Part shown: positions 1 through 9,326 of the stretch, one piece after another | Position numbering within the stretch: position 1 is the stretch's first letter | Layout: the number at the start of each line of letters is the position of its first letter | Source of the DNA: an uncultured Acidobacteriota bacterium | GTDB lineage: Bacteria; Acidobacteriota; Vicinamibacteria; Vicinamibacterales; UBA2999 | Direction of reading: 5' to 3' | DNA length: 64,000 bases | Assembly (NCBI GenBank): GCA_963741665.1 | Contig: CAVUIM010000003.1 | Span: 48,710 to 112,709, forward strand | Translations under genes and position numbers: made by a program | The notes under the pieces: generated by a model | Seen by the model: only the letters and a program-made list of their open reading frames with translations | What the model was told of the DNA's origin: nothing | The model's database searches: none

Positions 1-89
1 GACGTTCGCATCGCCTTCGGGCCAGCTGCCGGCCCGGTCCATCTGCTGGCAGCGGCGCACGACCTCTGCCGAGTACCGCACGGCGGTCG

Positions 90-1271
90 TCAAGCCCGCC
101 CCACTTCCACCGGCGACGCCGCGCGCAGCCGCTGCACCAGCGCGACGACCCGCTCGGCGGCGAAATCGACGTCGGCGTCAGTGGTGGTCCGCCCTAAGCC
201 GAAGCGGACGGCGCCCCACTGCTCGGCCGCGCCCAGGCCGAGCGCCTTCACCACGTGCGACGGCTCGCGGCTGCCCGACGCGCATGCCGAACCAGACGAC
301 GCGGCCACGTCGTCGGCCAGCCCGGTCATCAGCGCTTCCCCGTCCACGCCGGCGAAGCTCACATGCAGGTTGTGCGGCAGCCGCGCCGACAACGAGCCGT
401 TCACCGTCACCGCCTCGAGGCCAGCCTGCAGACCCGCCAGCAGCCGGTCGCGCCGCGCCGCCACGCGCGGGCCCTCGCTGGCCAGTTCCTGGCCGCACAC
501 CTCGGCCGCGGCGCCAAACCCCACGATGCCTGGGACGTTCAGGGTGCCGGGCCGGATCCCGCGTTCCTGGCCGCCGCCGGTGAAGAGCGGCGTCAGTGCC
601 ACTTTGGACGCCCGCCGCACGTAGAGCGCGCCGACGCCCTTGGGGCCGTACATCTTGTGTGCGGTGATCGACGCCAGATCGACGCCGAGCGTCTCGACGT
701 CGACCGGCACGCGGCCCACCGCCTGGACGGCGTCGGTGTGCAGCCACACGCCGCGGGCGCGGCAGGCCTGCGCCAGGGTGGCGATCGGCTGGATGACGCC
801 GATCTCGTTGTTGGCGGTCATCACCGAGGCCAGCACCGTCTGCTCGGTGAGCGCCGCGGCGAAGCGGTCTGGATCGACCAGGCCGTCGCGTTCCACCGGC
901 AGCACGGTCACCCGGCAGCCGTCGTGCTCGAGCGCCTTGCAGGTATCGAGCACCGCGTGATGCTCGGTCGCGACGGTGACCACGTGGTTGCCGCGGGACC
1001 GGCGGGCCGCCACCGCGCCGCGGATGGCGAGGTTGTTGGCCTCGGTCGCGCCGCTCGTGAAGACGATCTCCTTGGCCTTGGCGCCGATGAGCGCCGCCAC
1101 CTGCTGGCGGCCGCGCTCGACCGCTTCCTCCGCCTTCCAGCCGAAGCGATGCTGCCGGCTCGACGCGTTGCCGAACACGTGGTTGAAGTACGGCAGCATC
1201 ACCTGCAGCACGCGCGGATCGACCGGCGTGGTGGCGTGGAAGTCGAGGTAGACGGGACGCGAGACAGTCAT
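90..1271 (-). CDS. iscS: cysteine desulfurase, IscS/NifS type (class V PLP aminotransferase)
   Basis: 393-aa ORF. It has N-terminal VYLDFHATTP, the PLP-lysine region ITAHKMYGPKG and the catalytic Cys loop SSGSACASGS. It lies directly downstream of an Rrf2 regulator on the same strand. Confidence 0.9.
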   Translation of the reverse strand: MTVSRPVYLDFHATTPVDPRVLQVMLPYFNHVFGNASSRQHRFGWKAEEAVERGRQQVAALIGAKAKEIVFTSGATEANNLAIRGAVAARRSRGNHVVTVATEHHAVLDTCKALEHDGCRVTVLPVERDGLVDPDRFAAALTEQTVLASVMTANNEIGVIQPIATLAQACRARGVWLHTDAVQAVGRVPVDVETLGVDLASITAHKMYGPKGVGALYVRRASKVALTPLFTGGGQERGIRPGTLNVPGIVGFGAAAEVCGQELASEGPRVAARRDRLLAGLQAGLEAVTVNGSLSARLPHNLHVSFAGVDGEALMTGLADDVAASSGSACASGSREPSHVVKALGLGAAEQWGAVRFGLGRTTTDADVDFAAERVVALVQRLRAASPVEVGRA

Positions 1272-1278
1272 CGTCGTC

Positions 1279-1764
1279 TCAGTCGGCCGCGCGCACCGAC
1301 GGCCGGCCCGGATTCGCCATGGTGAGTGCGATCGGCACCGCCGCCGCTGCCACCGCCTCGACCGGTTCGGCCAGCTCCGCGAGGCTCACGGTGGCCAGCG
1401 CGTCGACGATGCGCGACTTGATCTTCCACAGCGGGTCGCGGATCTCGCAGCGCTCGAACTGCTCGCAGGTGTGGTTGGTCGGCGAGCAGGCGGTCACCGC
1501 CACCGGGCCGTCGATCGCCTGGATCACGTCGGCCACGGTCATCTGGAGCGCCGGCCGGCCCAGCTTGTAGCCACCGCGCGTGCCTTGCACCGACACGAGC
1601 AGCCGCGCCCGCACCAGCCGCTGCAGTACTTTGGCGAGCAGCTCGGCCGGAATCGCGTAGCTCTCGGCGATCTCGCGCGCGCTCGACGAGCTGCCCGGCT
1701 CGCCCGCGGCGAGGTGACGCATCGCGATCAGCGCGTAATCCGCTTTTTTCGACAGGCGCAGCAT
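1279..1764 (-). CDS. iscR: Rrf2-family transcriptional regulator (IscR-like)
   Basis: This is the C-terminal 161 aa of ORF 1279..2205, starting at the ATG whose complement is at 1762-1764. MLRLSKKADYALIAMRHLA is the typical Rrf2 N-terminal wHTH. A Cys cluster (TACSPTNHTCEQFERC) is present. The upstream 147 codons of the ORF are Arg/Gly-rich shadow sequence. Confidence 0.85.
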   Translation of the reverse strand: MLRLSKKADYALIAMRHLAAGEPGSSSSAREIAESYAIPAELLAKVLQRLVRARLLVSVQGTRGGYKLGRPALQMTVADVIQAIDGPVAVTACSPTNHTCEQFERCEIRDPLWKIKSRIVDALATVSLAELAEPVEAVAAAAVPIALTMANPGRPSVRAAD

Positions 1765-1992
1765 GAGTGTTCGTCCTAGGTCACCCGACTGGGCTGGGAA
1801 GCCGGGGATTGGGCCCCCGGAGACGCTGTCCAGCCCGGCCGTCTGGAAATGCGACCGTGCGAGTCCTATATTAGGCCGGGAAGTCCGACTGCGCAAGTCG
1901 CCATTGGCAGTTGTTGCGGCGGCCAGCTGGGCTTTAGCAATCCGGGCCCGCCGGAACGGCCCCGGATCGGACCGCGATAAGATTCGCCGCGC

Positions 1993-4740
1993 ATGAGCTT
2001 GGCGTCCGGAGCCCGCATTGGCCCCTACGAGGTGGCCGGCCCCCTGGGCGCTGGTGGCATGGGGGTGGTGTACCGGGCGACCGACACCTCTCTCGGCCGC
2101 CAGGTGGCCATCAAGATCCTGCCCGAGGCGTTTGCCGCGGACCCCGATCGCTTGGCGCGCTTCGAGCGCGAGGCGAAGACGCTCGCCTCGCTGAACCATC
2201 CGCACATCGCCGCGATCTATGCCGTCGAGAAGTCCGGCCCTTCGACAGGCTCAGGGCAGGCGGCGATGTACGCGCTGGTGATGGAACTGGTCGAGGGCGA
2301 GGATCTCTCGCAGCGCATTGCGAAGGGCGCCATGCCGATCGATGAAGCGCTGCCGATCGCGAAGCAGATCGCGGAAGCCCTCGAAGCCGCGCACGAGCAG
2401 GGGATCATCCACCGCGATCTGAAACCCGCCAACATCAAGGTGCGCGCCGACGGCACGGTGAAGGTGCTGGACTTCGGCCTCGCCAAGGCGCTCGATCCCG
2501 CCGCCGCGTCCAGCGCCCAGGCGGTGAACCCGCCGACCATCACGTCGCCGGCGATGACACAGGCCGGGATGATTCTCGGCACCGCGGCGTACATGGCGCC
2601 CGAACAGGCGCGCGGCAAGATGGTAGACAGACGCGCCGACATCTGGGCGTTCGGCGCGGTGCTCTTCGAGATGCTGACGGGGACGCGGGCGTTCCGGGGC
2701 GAGGACGTGACCGACACGATCGTGTCGGTGATCAGCAAGGAGCCGGACTGGAGCGCCGTGCCGGCCGCCACGCCGGCCGCGCTACGCCGATTGCTCACGC
2801 GCTGCCTGAAGAAGGACGTCAAGACGCGCCTGCAAGCCATCGGCGACGCGCGCGTTCAGATTGACGAACTGCTCAGTGGCGCACCCGAAGACGCGAGCAG
2901 CACGACAACGACAACGACCACCGCCTCGTCGCGCCGGCGACTCCCGTGGATGGTCGCGATCGTCGCCGTGGCTGGGATGGTCGCCATGGCAACGCCCACA
3001 CTGCGATATCTGCGCCAGACTCCGCCGCCCGTCCCGCCCGAGACCCGCCTCGAGATCGTGACACCGGCGACCAGCCAACCCGGGTCGTTTGTGCTCTCGC
3101 CCGACGGCCGCCAGATCGTGTTCGCCGCCGACAGTGACGGCGCCTCCAGGCTGTGGCTGCGGCCGCTGGCCGGCACGAGCGCGCAGCCGCTGGCGGGGAC
3201 GGAGGGGGCGACCTGGCCCTTCTGGTCCCCCGACGGCCGGTCCATCGGCTTCGTCGCAGAGAACACGTTGAAACGCCTCGACCTGGCCGGTGGCGCCCCG
3301 CAGACGCTGGCGACGGTCACGGGCGGGGCCGGCGGAACGTGGCACACGGACGGCGTCATCCTGTTTGCGAGCAACACCACCGGCTTGCCCTTGATGCGCG
3401 TTGCCGCCACCGGCGGCGCCGCCGTCCCGGTCACGCAGGTGGAGGGCGCGTCATCGCACACGGCGCCACAGTTCCTCCCCGACGGCCGATACCTGTGCTA
3501 CGTGGCCGGCGGGACAGACGTCCAGGGGATCTACCTTGGCGCGCTCGACGGCCGCGCCCCGACACGGCTGGTAGCTGCAGATGCCGGCGGGGTGTATCTG
3601 CCCTCGCACGGCGGGGCGTCGGACGCGTCGGCCACCGGCGATGGGGGATGGCTGCTGTGGGTGAGGCCTGGCACGGCAACGCTGGTCGCCCAGCGGTTGG
3701 ATCTCACGACGGCGACCCTGGTGGGCGAGCCGGCGACGCTGGCCGAAGGCGTCGGGGCCGACTTCCGGTCGAATCGCATAGCCGTGTCGGCGGCGGCGAC
3801 CGGGCTGCTCGCCTACCGGAGTGGTGACGGCAGCCTGCGGCAGCTCACCTGGGTGGACCGGTCGGGCGCGGCCCACGGCGCCGTGGGCCCCCGCGACGGG
3901 ACGCTCAGTAACCCCAGCGTCTCGCCCGATGGCCAGCGTGTGGCGGTGACACGCACGGTGCAGGGCAACGAGGATGTCTGGCTGCTCGATGGCCTCCGCG
4001 ACAGCCGGTTCACGTTCGATCGCGACCTCTCGCGGTATCCCGTCTGGTCGGGCGACGGCGCACGGATCATGTTCTCCCGCCGCGAGGCGGCAGTGTCTGA
4101 TGTGTACCAGAAGCGCAGCAACGGCGCGGGCGAGGCGGAGCGACTGCTGACCTCTGTGCAGGCGAAGCTCGTCACCAGCGCGTCGGAGGACGGGCGCTTT
4201 GTGCTCTTCAATAGCGTGGATCCGCAGACCAACGTCGACATCTGGGTCGTGCCAACCTCGGGGGATCGGACGCCCACGGTGTGGCTGAAGACGCCGTTCC
4301 GCGAGGGCTACGCGATGTTCTCCCCCGATGGCCGGTGGGTGGCCTACCAGTCGAACGAATCCGGACGGCCGGAGATCTACGTGCGGCCGTTCGTGAGGCC
4401 GTCAGACGACTCGTCGGCCACCCAAGCGGACGGCCAGTGGCAGGTCTCGACGGGGGGCGGCATTCATCCCGTGTGGCGGCACGACGGGAAAGAGCTCTTC
4501 TACCTCAACCCGGCCGGCGAGCTGATGGCCGCGCCCATCACCACCACCGCGGCCGCCGTGGTTCCGGGCGTCCCAGTGGCGCTCTTTCCCACGCGTATCG
4601 TGGGCGGCGGCATCGATGCGATACAGGTACGGCAGTACGACGCGGCCCGCGACGGGCGCTTCCTGATCAACACGGTGGTGGAGAGCGCCGCCGCGCCGAT
4701 CACGCTGATTCAGAATTGGAATCCTGAGGCGAAGCAGTAG
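1993..4740 (+). CDS. Ser/Thr protein kinase with transmembrane segment and C-terminal TolB-like beta-propeller
   Basis: 915-aa ORF with a Hanks kinase domain: glycine loop GAGGMGVVY, AIK lysine, HRDLKPAN, DFG and APE. A poly-Thr linker and a hydrophobic helix follow. The rest carries repeated SPDG/WSPDG propeller motifs. Confidence 0.9.
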   Translation: MSLASGARIGPYEVAGPLGAGGMGVVYRATDTSLGRQVAIKILPEAFAADPDRLARFEREAKTLASLNHPHIAAIYAVEKSGPSTGSGQAAMYALVMELVEGEDLSQRIAKGAMPIDEALPIAKQIAEALEAAHEQGIIHRDLKPANIKVRADGTVKVLDFGLAKALDPAAASSAQAVNPPTITSPAMTQAGMILGTAAYMAPEQARGKMVDRRADIWAFGAVLFEMLTGTRAFRGEDVTDTIVSVISKEPDWSAVPAATPAALRRLLTRCLKKDVKTRLQAIGDARVQIDELLSGAPEDASSTTTTTTTASSRRRLPWMVAIVAVAGMVAMATPTLRYLRQTPPPVPPETRLEIVTPATSQPGSFVLSPDGRQIVFAADSDGASRLWLRPLAGTSAQPLAGTEGATWPFWSPDGRSIGFVAENTLKRLDLAGGAPQTLATVTGGAGGTWHTDGVILFASNTTGLPLMRVAATGGAAVPVTQVEGASSHTAPQFLPDGRYLCYVAGGTDVQGIYLGALDGRAPTRLVAADAGGVYLPSHGGASDASATGDGGWLLWVRPGTATLVAQRLDLTTATLVGEPATLAEGVGADFRSNRIAVSAAATGLLAYRSGDGSLRQLTWVDRSGAAHGAVGPRDGTLSNPSVSPDGQRVAVTRTVQGNEDVWLLDGLRDSRFTFDRDLSRYPVWSGDGARIMFSRREAAVSDVYQKRSNGAGEAERLLTSVQAKLVTSASEDGRFVLFNSVDPQTNVDIWVVPTSGDRTPTVWLKTPFREGYAMFSPDGRWVAYQSNESGRPEIYVRPFVRPSDDSSATQADGQWQVSTGGGIHPVWRHDGKELFYLNPAGELMAAPITTTAAAVVPGVPVALFPTRIVGGGIDAIQVRQYDAARDGRFLINTVVESAAAPITLIQNWNPEAKQ

Positions 4741-4793
4741 CGCCAGCCGTTCGAGGCTGGTGTGCCACGGAACTCGCGCTCTATAATCGCGCC

Positions 4794-5093
4794 GTGGCGC
4801 AATCGTTCCCCGGCCCGCAGCTGGCGGTGCTCTCAGCCGACACCACGGCCGACAGCGAGCAACGACAGGTCGAAGCGTGGCGACAGCTCTCGTCGATCGA
4901 ACGCTTGCGGCTAGTCAGCGAGACCACCCGCGCGGTGTTGGATCTGTCGATGGCCGGGATTCGCCTTCGCCATCCCCAGGCCTCGGAGCGCGAGTGCTTC
5001 CTGCGCCTGGCCGCTATTCGGCTCGGCGTCGGCGCGACGCGGCAGGTCTACCCTGATGCCGCGCACCTGACCGACCTCCGCGGGGCGCGGTGA
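4794..5093 (+). CDS. hypothetical small protein, upstream partner of a nucleotidyltransferase
   Basis: 99-aa ORF with a GTG start. Its TGA overlaps the GTG start of the next gene (GTGA at 5090-5093), which suggests translational coupling. No motif recognised. Confidence 0.4.
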   Translation: MAQSFPGPQLAVLSADTTADSEQRQVEAWRQLSSIERLRLVSETTRAVLDLSMAGIRLRHPQASERECFLRLAAIRLGVGATRQVYPDAAHLTDLRGAR

Positions 5094-5668
5094 ACGACCC
5101 GGTCGCGGTCGCGCTCGCCGTGGCGCAGATCTTCGAAGCGTGCGGACTGCGTTATCTCGTCGGCGGATCGCTGGCCAGCTCGCTGAGTGGGGAACCGCGA
5201 TCCACCCTCGACGTCGACGTCGTCGTCGCCCTGACGACGGCGGACGTGGGCCGGCTGACCGAGGCGCTCGATGGCGAGTTCGACGTCGACGAACAGGCAG
5301 TCGCCAGGGCCGTTCGTGAGCGGTCGAGCGTCAACGTCTTCCATCGGGCGAGCGCCATCAAAGTCGACTTGTTCATCATGGGCGGATCACCGCTCGATGA
5401 AGAGCAGATGAATCGGCGGCAGCGCGTCCAGGTGACGGCCGCGCCCGACAGCTTTCTCTACGCCTACACGCCCGAAGACATCCTCCTGCAGAAACTGCGT
5501 TGGTTCCGCAAGGGCAACGAGGTGTCGGATCGCCAGTGGCGGGATGTGCTGGGCATTCTGCTCGTGCAGGGCAGCGCGCTCGACCGGTCCTACCTTCAAG
5601 ACCGCGCGGCACGCCTCGGAGTCTCGGACCTGCTCGCGCGAGCGGAATCCGCAGTCGGCAGGGCGTGA
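5090..5668 (+). CDS. minimal nucleotidyltransferase-fold protein
   Basis: 192-aa ORF. GGSLASSLSGEPRSTLDVDVVV matches the G-S-x(9-11)-D-x-D pattern of the pol-beta nucleotidyltransferase superfamily. It is coupled to the upstream small ORF. Confidence 0.6.
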   Translation: MNDPVAVALAVAQIFEACGLRYLVGGSLASSLSGEPRSTLDVDVVVALTTADVGRLTEALDGEFDVDEQAVARAVRERSSVNVFHRASAIKVDLFIMGGSPLDEEQMNRRQRVQVTAAPDSFLYAYTPEDILLQKLRWFRKGNEVSDRQWRDVLGILLVQGSALDRSYLQDRAARLGVSDLLARAESAVGRA

Positions 5669-5747
5669 GTCCGTCGATATTCATCGGCGTCGTCAACCAG
5701 GCGGCCGGACGCGAGCACAGCCTCACGTCGAGCAGGAGATCATCACG

Positions 5748-7406
5748 ATGACACCTCGAGACGTCGTCGCCGCCGCACTGACGCTGGGCCTTCTTTCCGC
5801 CTGGCAGGTCGGTTCGCACTCCCAAGCACCGGCCTTCGACCTGGTGATACGGGGCGGCCGTGTCATCGACGGCACCGGCAACCCCTGGTTGCTCGCCGAT
5901 GTCGGCATCAAGGGCGACGTCATCGCTGCCGTCGCCCCGCATCTCGCGACGTCCGGGGCGCGCGTCATCGACGCGCCGGGACTGGTCGTCGCACCGGGCT
6001 TCATCGACGTCCACGTGCACGGCGATGCCGGTAATACGGTCGTTCCCGCGGGAACCGTCGACCCGCTGGTCCGCGACGACAAGCAGGACCTCATCGGCAA
6101 TCCGGCGGCGGAGAACGACATCCGCCAGGGTGTGACCACGGTGATGGCCGGCCCTGATGGTTTCGGCACCACGCAGGTCGGCGCCTTTCTCGCGAAGGTC
6201 GCGGCGGCGAAGCCGGCCATCAATCTCGGCGCCTTCATCGGGCACGGCGCCGTGCGGCTCGCCGTGCTCGGCATGGCGAACCGGCCAGCGACCCCCGATG
6301 AGCTGCAGCGCATGCGCGATCTCGTCAGACAGGCGATGCGCGATGGCGCCTTCGGCATGAGCACCGGGCTCTTCTACGTGCCCGCCAACTATGCGCCACT
6401 GCAGGAAGTGATCGATCTGGCGGGCGTGGCCGGCGAGTTCGGCGGCGTCCATCAGTCGCACATGCGGGATGAAGGGCTGCACGTCGTCGACAGCGTGCGC
6501 GACACGATTGCCATCGGCGAGCAGGGCCGCCTCCCGACGCAAGTCACCCACCACAAGACCATCGGCAAGGCCAATTGGGGGAAGAGCGTCGAGACGCTGC
6601 GCCTCATCGACGAGGCGCGGATGCGCGGCGTGGACGCGACGCTCGATCAGTATCCGTACACCGCGTCGAACACCACCATCCAGTCCGGCTTGATTCCACA
6701 GTGGGCCCAGGAAGGCGGCCGCAACGCCATGCTGGCGCGCTTCAAGGACGAAGCCACGCGGCAACGCGTGCTGAGTGAAATCGCTGCGGCGCTGGAGCAG
6801 GGGCGAGGTGGCGGCGACCCCGCCAATGTCGTCCTGGCGTCTTGCGACTTCGACCCGGCCCTGGCCGGCAAGAGCCTGGCGCAGGTGCTGCGCGATCGCG
6901 GGCGAACCGTGGCGTTCGACCTGGCGGCCGCCCTGGTGGTCGAGATCGTCGAGCGCGGCAGTTGCGTCGGGATCTACCACGCCATGAGCGAAGACGACCT
7001 GGTGCGCATCATGAAGCATCCGGCGACGATGATCGCCTCCGACGCGTCGCCAGGGATGCCGACCTTCGGCAAGGACGCGCCGCACCCGCGCGCCTACGGC
7101 ACGTTCGCCCGAGTGCTCGGCGTCTACGTCCGGGAGAAGCGCGTGCTCACGCTGGAGGAGGCGATCCGCAAGATGACGTCGTTTCCGGCGCAGCGCATGG
7201 GGCTCGCCGATCGCGGCGTCCTTCGTCCCGGCCTCAAGGCCGACGTCGTCGTCTTCAATCCCGCGACGATCATCGACAAGGCGACGTTCGAGAAGCCGCA
7301 CCAGTACGCCGAAGGCGTCGTCGCCGTGGTGGTCAACGGCCGACTGACGTTGAACGACGGACGGATGACCGGCGAGCGCGCCGGGCGAGCGCTGCGACGG
7401 AATTAG
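5748..7406 (+). CDS. N-acyl-D-amino-acid deacylase (D-aminoacylase) family amidohydrolase, secreted
   Basis: In frame with ORF 5544..7406, with the ATG at 5748 followed by a signal-like peptide. Motifs: VIDGTGNPW, PGFIDVHVH and LDQYPYTAS, typical of D-aminoacylases. Confidence 0.85.
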   Translation: MTPRDVVAAALTLGLLSAWQVGSHSQAPAFDLVIRGGRVIDGTGNPWLLADVGIKGDVIAAVAPHLATSGARVIDAPGLVVAPGFIDVHVHGDAGNTVVPAGTVDPLVRDDKQDLIGNPAAENDIRQGVTTVMAGPDGFGTTQVGAFLAKVAAAKPAINLGAFIGHGAVRLAVLGMANRPATPDELQRMRDLVRQAMRDGAFGMSTGLFYVPANYAPLQEVIDLAGVAGEFGGVHQSHMRDEGLHVVDSVRDTIAIGEQGRLPTQVTHHKTIGKANWGKSVETLRLIDEARMRGVDATLDQYPYTASNTTIQSGLIPQWAQEGGRNAMLARFKDEATRQRVLSEIAAALEQGRGGGDPANVVLASCDFDPALAGKSLAQVLRDRGRTVAFDLAAALVVEIVERGSCVGIYHAMSEDDLVRIMKHPATMIASDASPGMPTFGKDAPHPRAYGTFARVLGVYVREKRVLTLEEAIRKMTSFPAQRMGLADRGVLRPGLKADVVVFNPATIIDKATFEKPHQYAEGVVAVVVNGRLTLNDGRMTGERAGRALRRN

Positions 7407-7423
7407 GGCCTGCGGGTCCTAAT
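7402..7423. terminator. hairpin between convergent genes with both TAG stop codons inside the stem
   Basis: aTTAGGGCC-tgcg-GGTCCTAAt forms a 9-bp stem including one G.T pair. TAG 7404-7406 ends the deacylase. The complement of 7419-7421 is the TAG of the MoeZ-fusion gene. There is no U-tract. Confidence 0.4.
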
Positions 7424-8867
7424 ACTTCGGCTGGCTCGGATCCACCTGATCCACCCAGGCCAGGATCCCGCCGGTCAGGTTCTTCACGTTGGTGAAGCCC
7501 TGCTGGCGCAGGAACGCCGCCGCCTTGCCGGAGCGCACGCCCGACTTGCACTGGGTCACGATCTCGGCGTTGCGGTCGAGTTCCCCGACCCGTTTGGGCA
7601 GATCGCCGAGCGGGATCAGCACCGACCCCGGAATGCGATTGATCTGGTACTCGTTCGGCTCACGGACATCGAGGACGAATGGCGTCGTGCCGGCGTCCAT
7701 CCGCGCCTTGAGCTCGAGCGGCGAGATGTCGGTGGCCGACGACGTCGGCACCGGCACGGCCGCGGGCACGATGCCGCAGAACTGGTCGTAGTCGATGAGC
7801 GCGGTCACCGTCGGGTGCGTGCCGCACACCGGGCAGTCGGGATCCTTGCGCAGCGTCAGCTCGCGAAAGCGCATCCGCATCGCGTCGTAGATCAGGAACC
7901 GGCCGGCCAGCGTCTGGCCGATGCCGAGAATCAGCTTCACCGTCTCGGTGGCCTGGATGGTGCCGACCAGCCCCGGCAGGATGCCGAGCACCCCGGCTTC
8001 AGCGCAGCTCGGCACCAGTCCGGGCGGCGGCGGCTCCGGATACAGGCAGCGGTAGCACGGGCCGTCCTTGGCGCCGAACACCGAGGCCTGACCCTCGAAG
8101 CGGAAGATGCTGCCGTAGGCGTTGGGAATGCCGAGCAGCACGCACGCGTCGTTCACGAGGTACCGCGTCGGGAAGTTGTCGGTGCCGTCGACGACGACGT
8201 CGTAGCCGCGGAAGAGATCCAGCGCGTTGGCCGAGCTGAGCGCGACCTCGTAGGTGATCACGTTCACGTGCGGGTTGAGGCGACGCAGCGTCTCCTTCGC
8301 CGAGGTCAGCTTCGGCTTGCCGATGTCGTCGGTGCCGTGCAGGATCTGGCGCTGCAGGTTGCTGAGGTCCACGGTGTCGAAGTCGACGATGCCGATGGTC
8401 CCGACACCGGCCGCCGCCAGGTACATCGCCACCGGCGAGCCAAGGCCGCCGGCGCCGATGCACAGCACCTTGGCCGCCTTGAGCTTCTGCTGCCCTTCCA
8501 TGCCGACTTCCGAGAGGATGAGGTGACGGCTGTAGCGCTTGATCTCCTCGCCGTCGAGCGCCGGCAGGGCGGTCGCCGGCGCGGCCGCGCCGTGGCCCCC
8601 GGCCACCGACGGGATGATGCTCAGCGTCTGGCCGTCGGTCACCGGCGTCTGCTCCTTCTGCAGGTAGCGGATGTCCTCGTCGCCGACGTAGATGTTCACG
8701 AAGCTCCGCAGCTTGCCGTCGGGCGAATAGAGGTGCTGCTTCAGCCCGGCGTACTGCGTGGTCAGGTCCTTGAGCACCTCGCCGACCGTGGCCCCGGAGG
8801 CCTGCACGGTGTCGAGCTTGTCGGTGAAGGGGCGAAGGGGCGTCGGGATGTGAATGGCTACGGGCAT
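7419..8867 (-). CDS. moeZ: fusion protein: MoaD/ThiS/CysO-like sulfur carrier (ending in GG) + MoeB/ThiF/MoeZ E1-like adenylyltransferase + rhodanese
   Basis: 482 aa. Residues 1-91 form a ubiquitin-like carrier ending IIPSVAGG (GG codons at 8595-8600). The E1 domain follows, with the nucleotide loop GAGGLGSPVAMYLAAAGVG and Zn cysteines CYRC and CPVC. The C-terminal rhodanese has active-site CKSGVRS. Confidence 0.85.
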   Translation of the reverse strand: MPVAIHIPTPLRPFTDKLDTVQASGATVGEVLKDLTTQYAGLKQHLYSPDGKLRSFVNIYVGDEDIRYLQKEQTPVTDGQTLSIIPSVAGGHGAAAPATALPALDGEEIKRYSRHLILSEVGMEGQQKLKAAKVLCIGAGGLGSPVAMYLAAAGVGTIGIVDFDTVDLSNLQRQILHGTDDIGKPKLTSAKETLRRLNPHVNVITYEVALSSANALDLFRGYDVVVDGTDNFPTRYLVNDACVLLGIPNAYGSIFRFEGQASVFGAKDGPCYRCLYPEPPPPGLVPSCAEAGVLGILPGLVGTIQATETVKLILGIGQTLAGRFLIYDAMRMRFRELTLRKDPDCPVCGTHPTVTALIDYDQFCGIVPAAVPVPTSSATDISPLELKARMDAGTTPFVLDVREPNEYQINRIPGSVLIPLGDLPKRVGELDRNAEIVTQCKSGVRSGKAAAFLRQQGFTNVKNLTGGILAWVDQVDPSQPKY

Positions 8868-8894
8868 GCGCGTCCTCGTGCGAAGTCTTTCAGT

Positions 8895-9326
8895 TTATGA
8901 CGCCTTGGCATCAGCCGCCGTGTCGACCGGCTGCTCGTCGTAGCCCGACCGGTCGTCGCGCAGCCGCCACGCCCGCAGCGCCGCCGGCTCGCCCTGCTGC
9001 ACCGACAGGATCGGGTAGACGAAAGTCGGAAACGCGTGGTCGAGGTCGTACTGCGACGGCTCGGCCGGATGGTCGGGATGCGAGTGGTAGAAGCCGAGCA
9101 GGCTGAGGCCGGTGGCCGCGGCCTTGCGCTCAGCCGCCAGGTAGTCCTTGTCGTCGACCCGGAAGCGGCGGCGCGGCCCCTCGGTGGTCACGTTCGGCAG
9201 CGGGTGCACGGCGTGCACCACGTCGCCCTCGCCCAGCAGCGCGCCGCAGCATTCGTGCGGGTAGGCCTCGCGGCCGTGCTGCTCGATGGCGGCGCGGACG
9301 CCGTGCGCCAGGGTCAGCGGCGTCAC
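8895..9326 (-). CDS. mec: JAMM/MPN+ metalloprotease (Mec-like)
   Basis: 143 aa. It has a conserved Glu (HECCG) and the JAMM motif HSHPDHPAEPSQYD (H-S-H-x7-S-x-x-D). Its start overlaps the cysM stop. Confidence 0.85.
   Translation of the reverse strand: MTPLTLAHGVRAAIEQHGREAYPHECCGALLGEGDVVHAVHPLPNVTTEGPRRRFRVDDKDYLAAERKAAATGLSLLGFYHSHPDHPAEPSQYDLDHAFPTFVYPILSVQQGEPAALRAWRLRDDRSGYDEQPVDTAADAKAS

Noticed and set aside
1-89. A possible partial gene at the left edge, downstream of iscS on the minus strand (a candidate start, complement of 40-42).
   Set aside because: Only about 14 codons are visible and they do not resemble IscU/NifU or any family I recognise, so there is too little sequence to call.
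255-1325. Long alternative-frame and antisense ORFs listed in the track. Examples: 255..1325 +, 5376..7301 -, 9417..10496 -, 20336..21604 -, 20524..22650 +, 31565..32800 +, 38131..39840 +, 46000..47748 -, 49306..50841 -, 58827..60386 -.
   Set aside because: - They overlap genes with clear family motifs on the other strand or frame.
- Their translations are dominated by Arg, Gly, Pro, Ala, His and Asp with no recognisable domain.
- This is the expected stop-codon-poor shadow of ~70% GC coding DNA.
2900-2925. A poly-threonine run (SSTTTTTTTASS) in the kinase linker, considered as a slippage-prone repeat.
   Set aside because: The codons are mixed (ACG/ACA/ACC) and the run is short and in a typical juxtamembrane linker. 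This is ordinary low complexity.
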